Below are positions 1-8,299 of a DNA stretch of 64,000 nt, piece by piece. Each line of letters opens with the position of its first letter. Position 1 is the stretch's first letter. The DNA comes from Atribacterota bacterium (lineage in GTDB: Bacteria > Atribacterota > Phoenicimicrobiia > Phoenicimicrobiales > Stramentimicrobiaceae), in NCBI GenBank assembly GCA_040767965.1, contig JAXGNR010000005.1:128001-192000 (forward strand), given 5' to 3'. A program made the translations under genes and the position numbers. The notes under the pieces are model-generated. The model was not told the origin of the DNA, made no database searches, and saw only the letters and a list, made by a program, of their open reading frames with translations.

Positions 1-974
1 TATTTCAAGTCACCCACAATAGGAATATCTATTTTTATATTCTTACTAATTTCTGCCGGGTCAATATCAACATGGATAAAGCTGGCTTTAGTGCAAAATA
101 ATTTTTTACTGCCAGTTACCCGGTCATCAAAGCGAACTCCCAGAGCAATAATCAAATCTGCTTCATTGAGAGACATATTGGCACAATAAAGGCCGTGCAT
201 TCCCAACATACCTAGAGATAGCGGGTGATTTTCTGGAAAACCACCTAACCCCATTAATGTTGTTGTTACAGGAATATTAGCTTTTTCAGCTAGTCCAAGT
301 AATTCTTTTGCTGCGTTAGAAGTAATAACTCCTCCTCCGGCGTAAATGACCGGTTTTTTTGCTTTTTGAATCGCATCAGCAGCTTTTTTTATCTGGTTTA
401 GATTTCCCTTTACAGTTGGATGATATCCTATGTATTTGTCTTTTTCAGGATAATGAAATTCTGTTTTTGCAATTTGAACATCTTTGGGTATGTCTATTAA
501 AACCGGACCAGGCCTTCCGGTTCTTGCCAAATAAAACGCTTCTTTAATTGTGTTCGCAAGATCTTTTACATCCATAACTAAATAGTTATTTTTGGTTACA
601 GGAAGGGTAATACCAATAGTGTCAACTTCCTGAAAGGCATCAGACCCAATAAGGGGTGATGCAACCTGGCCAGTAAAGGCAACGATGGGAATTGAATCTA
701 GATAGGCATTTGCCAGGCCTGTGACTAAGTTGGTAGCACCTGGACCTGATGTGGCTATACATACCCCGACATCTCCGGTGGCACGGGCATAGCCGTCAGC
801 TGCATGAATTGCTCCTTGTTCATGTTTTGTTAATATATGAGTAAAAGTAGCTTTTTCATGGATTGTATGATAAAGAGGTATTACAGCACCTCCAGGTATC
901 CCGAAAACTACCTGTACCTTTTCTCTTTTAAGACATTCAACGACAATTTCAGTCCCGCTTAATTTCAATCTCAT
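1..974 (-). CDS. ilvB: Acetolactate synthase large subunit (5' part; runs off window start)
   Basis: Manual minus-strand translation from ATG at 974 (SD AAGGAGG): [16 protein letters not shown]...FGIPGG...[18 protein letters not shown]...TSGPGATN...AFQEVD...[12 protein letters not shown]...LGMLGMHG...RFDDRVTG. Not in the ORF track because there is no stop in the window. Confidence 0.96.
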   Translation of the reverse strand, partial: MRLKLSGTEIVVECLKREKVQVVFGIPGGAVIPLYHTIHEKATFTHILTKHEQGAIHAADGYARATGDVGVCIATSGPGATNLVTGLANAYLDSIPIVAFTGQVASPLIGSDAFQEVDTIGITLPVTKNNYLVMDVKDLANTIKEAFYLARTGRPGPVLIDIPKDVQIAKTEFHYPEKDKYIGYHPTVKGNLNQIKKAADAIQKAKKPVIYAGGGVITSNAAKELLGLAEKANIPVTTTLMGLGGFPENHPLSLGMLGMHGLYCANMSLNEADLIIALGVRFDDRVTGSKKLFCTKASFIHVDIDPAEISKNIKIDIPIVGDLK

Positions 975-1055
975 TTCCTCCTTCTGTTAATTAGTCTGAC
1001 TAACTTACTTTCTGTTCTAACTAATTTTTTTAAAATAATGCATCAGATCTTAAAT

Positions 1056-1330
1056 AAAAAAACTCTCATCCCTATCCTAATCATTTTAGATTAAAATAGG
1101 GACGAGAGCTCGTGGTACCACCCTAATTCAATAAAGAAAAAATATCTTTATACTTAATTTGGATAACGTATCATAAAATAAAAATATGCCATTGGCAATA
1201 TATGAATACGGTTGAATTTAAATCTATCAACTGAATATGAAAGTGATTTTCAGTAAAACTAAAAACTGCCATTTTGCACCAGGTACAGGCTCTCTTTAGT
1301 TTTTTGTTTTACTTACTCGCTTTTATAAAT
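1056..1330 (-). promoter_or_regulatory. T-box riboswitch (Ile specifier) upstream of ilvB
   Basis: Minus strand has stem I motifs AGTA, AGAGA and GGTGCAA, specifier GAAA-ATC-AC (ATC at 1247-1245), T-box AATTAGGGTGGTACCACG (1128-1111) followed by CGTCCCT, and terminator CTCTCGTCCCTAT...ATAGGGATGAGAG plus a T run. Confidence 0.92.
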
Positions 1331-1356
1331 AAGAAAATACTATTAAATTTCTACCG

Positions 1357-1385
1357 ATTTTACTAAAAAAAAATATAAATGTCAA
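1357..1385 (-). promoter_or_regulatory. sigma70-type promoter for the T-box/ilvB transcript
   Basis: Minus strand TTGACA (1385-1380) - 17 nt - TAAAAT (1362-1357). Confidence 0.75.
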
Positions 1386-1424
1386 AACAATTTTTATATT
1401 TTTTTATAATTTGTTTAAAAAAGC

Positions 1425-1453
1425 TTGACAGCTGATTTTATTTATGTTAACTT
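1425..1453 (+). promoter_or_regulatory. sigma70-type promoter for the aro operon leader
   Basis: TTGACA (1425-1430) - 17 nt - TAACTT (1448-1453), with extended -10 TG at 1445-1446. Confidence 0.72.
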
Positions 1454-1484
1454 TTATTTTAATCAAAAAATTAGGAGCAATAAG

Positions 1485-1571
1485 ATGCTAAGGAAACAAA
1501 GCCAAATTCAGTTTTATTTTAGCTATTTATATTTCTATTTTATTGGCGATGTTTGTGCCTTAGTATCATAA
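1485..1571 (+). CDS. Phe/Tyr-rich attenuator leader peptide, 28 aa (MLRKQSQIQFYFSYLYFYFIGDVCALVS)
   Basis: SD AGGAG at 1473-1477, ATG 1485, TAA 1569-1571. Codons 10-19 hold 4 Phe and 4 Tyr. Lies directly upstream of alternative hairpins and the aro operon. Confidence 0.88.
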   Translation: MLRKQSQIQFYFSYLYFYFIGDVCALVS

Positions 1572-1699
1572 GCAAAGCATATACAAAATAGCTAAAAAAG
1601 ATACCATAGGCAGAAACATCGAAAATGCCTATGGTATCTTTATATGTTAGTACATATAAAGGACTATAGGATTTTTTATACCTATAGTCCTTTTTTTTT
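1547..1699 (+). terminator. Attenuator: mutually exclusive hairpins ending in an intrinsic terminator
   Basis: 16-bp perfect stem 1597-1612/1626-1641. Antiterminator 1628-1646/1653-1670. Terminator AAAGGACTATAGG 1658-1670/CCTATAGTCCTTT 1681-1693 with T9 (1691-1699). 1547-1567 is complementary to 1600-1621. Confidence 0.88.
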
Positions 1700-1771
1700 A
1701 TTCTTTCTTATCTTTCTTATTGAAAGAATATTCAAGTTAAGTTTAATTACGAAATAACAGGAGGAAAATTA

Positions 1772-2149
1772 ATGTCAGTAAGAGGTATCAGGGGTGCAAC
1801 TACAGTAAATGATAATAGTAAAAAATCTATTTTAGAAGGAACTAAGGAATTGTTAATAGAACTGCGAACTGCAAATAAATTCGATACAGAAGATATTGTG
1901 ACCATCTTTTTTAGCTCAACTCCTGATTTAAATGCTGCATTTCCTGCAGCAGCAGCCAGAGAGCTTGGCTGGAATATGGTACCTCTTTTTGGTATGCAGG
2001 AGGCGAACATAAAGGAAGGCTTGAAGAAATGTATCAGAATCCTTATTCAAATAAACAGCAATAAATTACAAGCTGAAATGAAACATTGTTACCTGCATGA
2101 AGCCAAGGGATTGAGAAAAGATTTAATTGATAAAAAAGGGGAGAGATAA
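1772..2149 (+). CDS. aroH: Chorismate mutase, AroH class
   Basis: VRGIRGATT, TPDLNAAFPAAAAR, CIRILI, YLHEAKGLRKDL motifs; SD AGGAGG. Confidence 0.95.
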   Translation: MSVRGIRGATTVNDNSKKSILEGTKELLIELRTANKFDTEDIVTIFFSSTPDLNAAFPAAAARELGWNMVPLFGMQEANIKEGLKKCIRILIQINSNKLQAEMKHCYLHEAKGLRKDLIDKKGER

Positions 2150-2151
2150 AA

Positions 2152-3198
2152 ATGATATTAGTAATGGATAGTCATTCCGGGGAAGAAGAACTTAACAAGA
2201 TCAGCAATAAATTAAAAAGCATGGATTTTGAATTAGAGATAAGCAAGGGAAAAGAAAAGATAATAATTGGAATTATCGGAGATACAAGAAAGCTGCTTGA
2301 TTTTCCTTTTTATTCATATTCAGGAGTAATTGATGTTTTAAAAGTATTAAAACCTTATAAACTTGCCAGTCGGGAGTTTCGGGAAAAATCTACTATTGTT
2401 AAAATTGGGAATACTTTAATAGGAGAGCATGAATTGACTTTTATGGCCGGCCCTTGTTCTGTAGAAAATGAAGAGCAAATGTATGAAGCAGCTGCAGGTT
2501 TAAGCAAAATGGGCGTGAAAATCCTGCGTGGCGGAGCTTTTAAACCAAGAACTTCTCCATATAGTTTCCAGGGATTAGGGAAAAAAGGCTTGGAGATGAT
2601 GAGCGATGCTGCCAAAAAACATAATTTACTGGTAATTACTGAAGTTATGTCAATCGAGCAAATAGATATAATTACTCCTTATGCAGATATCCTGCAGGTA
2701 GGCGCCAGGAATATGCAGAATTTCATGCTTTTAAAGGAATTAGGTAAAATAAAGAAACCCGTTATGCTCAAAAGAGGGATGTCTTCTACAATCGAGGAAC
2801 TTTTATTGTCAGCTGAATACATATTATCAGGAGGCAATAAAAAAGTTATTCTTTGCGAAAGAGGTATTCGTACTTTTGAAACTTACACTCGTAATACCTT
2901 AGATTTAAGTGCAGTACCGGCAATTAAAGAATTAAGCCATTTGCCAATTATTGTTGATACCAGTCATTCTACTGGTCGCAAAGAATTAGTTTGCCCTATG
3001 TCAAAAGCAGCTATTGCCTGTGGCGCTGATGGATTAATGATCGAAGTGCACCCATATCCGAATCTTGCCCTGTGCGATGGAGCACAATCGCTTAGTTTAA
3101 ATGAATTTTCAGATCTATTAGCAGAAACTGAAAAGATAGCTCATGCTATGGGAAAAACATTTCATGCTGCCTGCAGCACTGCTGATACCATAGCTTAG
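2152..3198 (+). CDS. aroF: DAHP synthase type I-beta with N-terminal ACT-like regulatory domain, copy 1
   Basis: AGPCSVE, RGGAFKPRTSPYSFQG, GARNMQNF, LCERGIRTFE motifs. Confidence 0.95.
   Translation: MILVMDSHSGEEELNKISNKLKSMDFELEISKGKEKIIIGIIGDTRKLLDFPFYSYSGVIDVLKVLKPYKLASREFREKSTIVKIGNTLIGEHELTFMAGPCSVENEEQMYEAAAGLSKMGVKILRGGAFKPRTSPYSFQGLGKKGLEMMSDAAKKHNLLVITEVMSIEQIDIITPYADILQVGARNMQNFMLLKELGKIKKPVMLKRGMSSTIEELLLSAEYILSGGNKKVILCERGIRTFETYTRNTLDLSAVPAIKELSHLPIIVDTSHSTGRKELVCPMSKAAIACGADGLMIEVHPYPNLALCDGAQSLSLNEFSDLLAETEKIAHAMGKTFHAACSTADTIA
2503..2945 (+). repeat. 443-bp block identical to 3689-4131 (also 53-bp block 2998-3050 = 4184-4236)
   Basis: Base-by-base comparison by eye at constant offset 1186 showed no mismatch inside the blocks; flanks are diverged. 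Confidence 0.9.
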
Positions 3199-3337
3199 AA
3201 TAAATATTTAATAATTTAATAATAGGACAAATAAAAGGTTCTTTTCAAATTCAGAGAAGACCAGATAAGGATAGAAATTTTTTAAAATTAGATTAGTAAT
3301 AATATTAAAAAGACAGGTAGCCTAAAGGAGAAAAATT

Positions 3338-4375
3338 ATGGTAATAGTTATGGATGGAAAAACTGAAGAGAATAGTATTACAAAGATCAGCGATAAGTTA
3401 AAAAGCATGGGTTTTGAACTACAAACTATTAAAGGAAAAAATAAAATTGTGATTGGAATTATTGGAGATACCAGAAAGTTATTGAATTTTCCTTTTCATT
3501 CTTATGAAGGAGTTGTGGATGTTCTGAAAGTTTCTAAACCGTATAAACTTGCAAGCAGAGAATTTAGAGAATTGTCCACCATTATAAAAATTAACGATGT
3601 GCTTATAGGAGGTCAGGATACTGTTATTATGGCTGGCCCCTGCGCTGTAGAAAACGAAAAACAAATCTATGAAATTGCCGAGAATATCAGCAAAATGGGC
3701 GTGAAAATCCTGCGTGGCGGAGCTTTTAAACCAAGAACTTCTCCATATAGTTTCCAGGGATTAGGGAAAAAAGGCTTGGAGATGATGAGCGATGCTGCCA
3801 AAAAACATAATTTACTGGTAATTACTGAAGTTATGTCAATCGAGCAAATAGATATAATTACTCCTTATGCAGATATCCTGCAGGTAGGCGCCAGGAATAT
3901 GCAGAATTTCATGCTTTTAAAGGAATTAGGTAAAATAAAGAAACCCGTTATGCTCAAAAGAGGGATGTCTTCTACAATCGAGGAACTTTTATTGTCAGCT
4001 GAATACATATTATCAGGAGGCAATAAAAAAGTTATTCTTTGCGAAAGAGGTATTCGTACTTTTGAAACTTACACTCGTAATACCTTAGATTTAAGTGCAG
4101 TACCGGCAATTAAAGAATTAAGCCATTTGCCTGTCATAGTTGACCCCAGTCATGGAACCGGGAGAAGAGAAATGATTAATTCCATGTCAAAAGCAGCTAT
4201 TGCCTGTGGCGCTGATGGATTAATGATCGAAGTGCATCCGCATCGCGAAATGGCTTTAAGCGATGGTTCTCAATCATTAGACTTTGAAGCATTTAGAAGT
4301 TTGCTGATAGATTTAAAAAGGGTAGCTGATTCAGTAGACCGAACTGTTAATTATAATTATATATCATTTTTATAG
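3338..4375 (+). CDS. aroF: DAHP synthase type I-beta with N-terminal ACT-like domain, copy 2
   Basis: Same motifs as copy 1, plus DPSHGTG and ALSDG; SD AAGGAG. Confidence 0.95.
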   Translation: MVIVMDGKTEENSITKISDKLKSMGFELQTIKGKNKIVIGIIGDTRKLLNFPFHSYEGVVDVLKVSKPYKLASREFRELSTIIKINDVLIGGQDTVIMAGPCAVENEKQIYEIAENISKMGVKILRGGAFKPRTSPYSFQGLGKKGLEMMSDAAKKHNLLVITEVMSIEQIDIITPYADILQVGARNMQNFMLLKELGKIKKPVMLKRGMSSTIEELLLSAEYILSGGNKKVILCERGIRTFETYTRNTLDLSAVPAIKELSHLPVIVDPSHGTGRREMINSMSKAAIACGADGLMIEVHPHREMALSDGSQSLDFEAFRSLLIDLKRVADSVDRTVNYNYISFL

Positions 4376-4401
4376 GAAGTTTATAGGAAGGAAATAAACG
4401 T

Positions 4402-5697
4402 TTGGATAATATAGTAAATGGAATAAAAAATAAATTGCTAAAAAAAACTATATATATTCCCGGAGACAAATCAATTACTCATCGTGCAATTATTTTATCT
4501 TCTATTGCATCAGGTGAATCAATAATAAATAATTATTTAAATGCTTTGGATTGTCAGAGTACCATAAAATGCATGCAAAACTTAGGAGTAATAATTGAAG
4601 AAAAAGATCCCATGACATTAAGAATATTTGGCAAGGGGATTAAAGGACTGCAAGCCCCAAGCAATGTTTTGGATGTGGGAAATTCAGGAACAACGATAAG
4701 GCTATTAGCTGGATTACTTTGTGGACAGGAATTTACAAGCACTCTCGATGGTGATGATTCTGTCAGGAAAAGACCGATGGATAGAATCATTAAGCCATTA
4801 TCATTAATGAATGCTGATATAAATAGTTTGACAGAGAAGAAGTTTGCACCTCTGAAGATAATCGGAAAACCATTAAGGCCTATACACTATAGCATGCCAG
4901 TAGCAAGTGCCCAGGTGAAATCGGCAATACTGCTGGCTGGTCTTTATGCTGATGGAGAAACAATAATCAGGGAAAAAGAACAAACAAGAGATCACACTGA
5001 AAGAATGTTAAGTTTTATGCAGGTTGATATTAAAAGAAGGCCAAAAAAGATTATTACTATTACACCCGTAAAAGCACTTAAAAATGTTAATATTGATATT
5101 CCAGGAGATATTTCTTCAGCCGCTTATTTTCTAGCATTAGGGTGTGCCAGAAAAGATTCAGAACTAATCATTAGAAATGTAGGAATCAATAAAACCCGAA
5201 CAGGCTTTCTGGAGGTGCTCAAAAAAATGGGAGCTAACATTACAATTATAAATAAAAAAGTTATTTCCAATGAACCCAGGGCAGACCTCCTTTTAAAAGG
5301 AGGTCTTTTAAAAGGTATAAAGATTGATCAAAAAATAATTGCCAACATTATTGATGAACTGCCATTAGTTGCTGTTCTGGGGGCTCTAGCAAAAGGAAAA
5401 ACTATAGTTGAACAGGCCCAGGAATTAAGAGTAAAAGAAAGTGATCGCATTAAAGCAATTGTGGAAGGATTAGCAAGAATGGGGGCTAAAATCATCGAAA
5501 AAGAAGATGGATTTGAAATTATAGGTCCCGCAAAGCTAAAAGGAAATACGGTTAACAGTTATAAAGATCATCGTATAGCCATGTCTTTGACTATTGCCGC
5601 TTCCTATGCAGAAGGGAAAACAATTATTCAAGATGCACAGTGTATTGATATATCTTATCCCGGATTTGTTAACAGTTATCAGGAAGTAATGAAATAA
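4402..5697 (+). CDS. aroA: 3-phosphoshikimate 1-carboxyvinyltransferase (EPSP synthase)
   Basis: PGDKSITHRA, GNSGTT, SAQVKSA, RDHTERM, RVKESDR, DHRIAM; TTG start. Confidence 0.96.
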   Translation: MDNIVNGIKNKLLKKTIYIPGDKSITHRAIILSSIASGESIINNYLNALDCQSTIKCMQNLGVIIEEKDPMTLRIFGKGIKGLQAPSNVLDVGNSGTTIRLLAGLLCGQEFTSTLDGDDSVRKRPMDRIIKPLSLMNADINSLTEKKFAPLKIIGKPLRPIHYSMPVASAQVKSAILLAGLYADGETIIREKEQTRDHTERMLSFMQVDIKRRPKKIITITPVKALKNVNIDIPGDISSAAYFLALGCARKDSELIIRNVGINKTRTGFLEVLKKMGANITIINKKVISNEPRADLLLKGGLLKGIKIDQKIIANIIDELPLVAVLGALAKGKTIVEQAQELRVKESDRIKAIVEGLARMGAKIIEKEDGFEIIGPAKLKGNTVNSYKDHRIAMSLTIAASYAEGKTIIQDAQCIDISYPGFVNSYQEVMK

Positions 5698-5727
5698 ATT
5701 ATTAAAATATTAGGATTTAAAAAAAAG

Positions 5728-6582
5728 ATGAAATCTTTAATTTCTATTTTAGGATTAATAGGAGAGCATATCGAGAACAGCCTTTCTCCTTTTATTCACA
5801 AATCTTTTATCTCTGAGCATAGTCTGAATTATTGTTATTTGCCTTTCCAAATAAAAAAAGAGAATTTGGTAAAAGCAATTATTGGAGCAAAATCATTGGG
5901 GGTTAAAGGACTCAATATTACTTTCCCCTTCAAAGAAAAAACAATTTTGCTGTTAGATGAAATAGACTCAGATGCAGAAAATATCGGAGCAATAAATACT
6001 ATTCTAATTAAAAATAATAAAATATGTGGATATAATACTGATTGGAAAGGGTTTACGATTCCTTTAATTAAAAGAAAAATAAAATTAAAAAATAAAAATG
6101 CCATTGTTTTAGGGGCAGGTGGAGCAGCAAGAGCAGTTGTGTATTCTTTAGCAAAGGAAGAGTGTTCTGCTATCTCTATCTTTAATAGGAATCTGGAACA
6201 CGCTTTAGAAATAAAAAAAGATTTTCAAGGATTGTTTCCGTCATGCAAAATAAATATTTTTTCTTTAGATGATGGTGAATTAAAAAAGATAATAAAAAGT
6301 AGCATTTTGCTTGTTAACACTACTCCTTTGGGAAGCTGGTATTATCTTGAACAGTGTCCTTTGCCTGCAGAGATCGATTTGCCTCCCGAAATGTTTGTTT
6401 ATGATTTAATTTACAATCCGGACAAAACACCATTGGTGAAAATGGCTGAAATAAAAGGCAATAAAACAGTAAATGGCAAAGAAATGCTCGTATATCAGGC
6501 AGCAGAGAGTTTTTCCATTTGGACCGGATTATATCCAGGACAAAATACTATTAACCAAATTTTAGATGGTATAAAAGACTAA
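5728..6582 (+). CDS. aroE: Shikimate dehydrogenase
   Basis: SLSP, GLNITFPFK, GAINT, NTDWKG, GAGGAARA, DLIYNP. Confidence 0.95.
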   Translation: MKSLISILGLIGEHIENSLSPFIHKSFISEHSLNYCYLPFQIKKENLVKAIIGAKSLGVKGLNITFPFKEKTILLLDEIDSDAENIGAINTILIKNNKICGYNTDWKGFTIPLIKRKIKLKNKNAIVLGAGGAARAVVYSLAKEECSAISIFNRNLEHALEIKKDFQGLFPSCKINIFSLDDGELKKIIKSSILLVNTTPLGSWYYLEQCPLPAEIDLPPEMFVYDLIYNPDKTPLVKMAEIKGNKTVNGKEMLVYQAAESFSIWTGLYPGQNTINQILDGIKD

Positions 6583-6608
6583 GAAATAATGTAGTTAAGA
6601 GGTATATT

Positions 6609-7784
6609 ATGGTTTTAAGATTTTTAGATGCAGGAGAATCTCATGGAAGGTGTTTATTAGGAATAATTGAAGGATTTCCTCAGGGCGTTGAATTAAATCA
6701 GGAAAAAATAGATTATCAACTACAAAGGAGACAAGGTGGATTTGGAAGGGGAAGCCGGATGAAAATCGAACAAGATCACCTGGAAATCCTGGCTGGAATT
6801 ATAGAAGGGAAATCTATAGGAAGCCCAATCGGATTATTAATTAAAAACAAAGATTGGGAAAATAATGACCCGAAAAATATGAATGAGTTGACAATTCCCC
6901 GACCCGGACATGCTGATTTAGCAGGGTTAATTAAATATAATCTGGATAACTATCGACCAATTCTAGAGCGAGCGAGTGCCAGAAATACAGCGATGCGTGT
7001 TGCAATCGGAGCTATTGCTCAGCAATTGCTGGAATATTTTTCGATCTATTCATTTAGTCATGTTATCAGCATAGGTAATATTTCTGTTAAAAACGCAATT
7101 TTACAAAAAATAAAAAAAGAAAATTCTGTTGATTCATTGACAGAATTGAAAGATAAGATTAACAAATCAGCTGTTTTTTGTGTAGATGATGAGACATCTC
7201 AAGGAATGGTTCAGAAAATAAAACAGGCAGCTGAAGAGGGCAATTCTTTAGGGGGGCAATTTGAAATAATAGTAAGAAATGTTCCTATTGGGTTGGGTAG
7301 TCATGTTTTCTGGGATAGAAGAATAGATTCGCGCATTGCAGGTGCTCTAATGAGCATTCCCAGTGTGAAAGCTGTAGAAATAGGGGAAGGAATAAAAAGT
7401 TCTAAAAATAAAGGATCTATAGCCCATGATGCGATTTATTTCCAGAAAAACAAACAAAACTCTAATTATTATCGTAAAAAAAATTGGGCTGGAGGGATTG
7501 AAGGTGGAATAACAAATGGGGAGAATATAGTTGTGCGAGTTTACCTGAAGCCAATACCTACACTCTTGCAACCTCTTCCTTCAGTAGATATCAAAACAAA
7601 AAAAGAGATCAGAGCTGATTACCAAAGATCAGATATCTGTGTTGTTCCTGCAGCTAGTGCGGTAGGAGAGGCAGTAGTAAATTGGGAACTGGCCACAGTT
7701 TTTATAGAAAAATTTGGAAATGATTCTTTAAGAGAAATAGAAAATAACTTTAATAATTATCTGAAAAGGATACAGGAGTGTTAA
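6609..7784 (+). CDS. aroC: Chorismate synthase
   Basis: AGESHG, PRPGHAD, LERASAR, GGIEGGITNG, KPIPTL, RSDIC. Confidence 0.96.
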   Translation: MVLRFLDAGESHGRCLLGIIEGFPQGVELNQEKIDYQLQRRQGGFGRGSRMKIEQDHLEILAGIIEGKSIGSPIGLLIKNKDWENNDPKNMNELTIPRPGHADLAGLIKYNLDNYRPILERASARNTAMRVAIGAIAQQLLEYFSIYSFSHVISIGNISVKNAILQKIKKENSVDSLTELKDKINKSAVFCVDDETSQGMVQKIKQAAEEGNSLGGQFEIIVRNVPIGLGSHVFWDRRIDSRIAGALMSIPSVKAVEIGEGIKSSKNKGSIAHDAIYFQKNKQNSNYYRKKNWAGGIEGGITNGENIVVRVYLKPIPTLLQPLPSVDIKTKKEIRADYQRSDICVVPAASAVGEAVVNWELATVFIEKFGNDSLREIENNFNNYLKRIQEC

Positions 7785-8299
7785 GTAAAAATATTATTAT
7801 TACCGGATTTATGGGGACAGGCAAAAGTACTGTCGGTAAATCTTTGGCGTTTATCTTGAAAAAACAGTTTTTGGATATGGATTCTCTGATTGAAGAAAAA
7901 GAAGGGAAAAGTATCACTGATATTTTTCAACTAAAAGGAGAAAATTATTTTAGAAATTTGGAAAAAAATATCTTAAAAGAAATTATAATGGGAGAAAATA
8001 TGGTTATTGCAACTGGAGGAGGGGCTTTACTGGAAGAAGATAATTTTATATTAGCCAACAAAGAAGGATTGGTTGTATTGCTAAAGGCAACCCCGACTGT
8101 AATATTTTCAAGATTAAAAAAGGATAAGAACAGGCCTTTGCTGTCAGGTGATGATAAATTAAGAAAAATCATCGATTTGATGGAAAAAAGAAAAGAGAAA
8201 TATGACCGTTTTGCTAATTCCATAGATACTTCAGATTTTACAGTAGAACAGATTGTTGGTGAAATAATAAAAATCTATCGGAGAAAATATAATGAATAA
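7778..8299 (+). CDS. aroK: Shikimate kinase
   Basis: GFMGTGKST P-loop, GENYFR, ATGGG, RPLL. Confidence 0.95.
   Translation: MLSKNIIITGFMGTGKSTVGKSLAFILKKQFLDMDSLIEEKEGKSITDIFQLKGENYFRNLEKNILKEIIMGENMVIATGGGALLEEDNFILANKEGLVVLLKATPTVIFSRLKKDKNRPLLSGDDKLRKIIDLMEKRKEKYDRFANSIDTSDFTVEQIVGEIIKIYRRKYNE

Noticed and set aside
359-547. 62-aa plus-strand ORF, and the many other short antisense or alternate-frame ORFs in the track
   Set aside because: They are shadows of well-supported genes (here ilvB on the minus strand) with no recognisable motifs.
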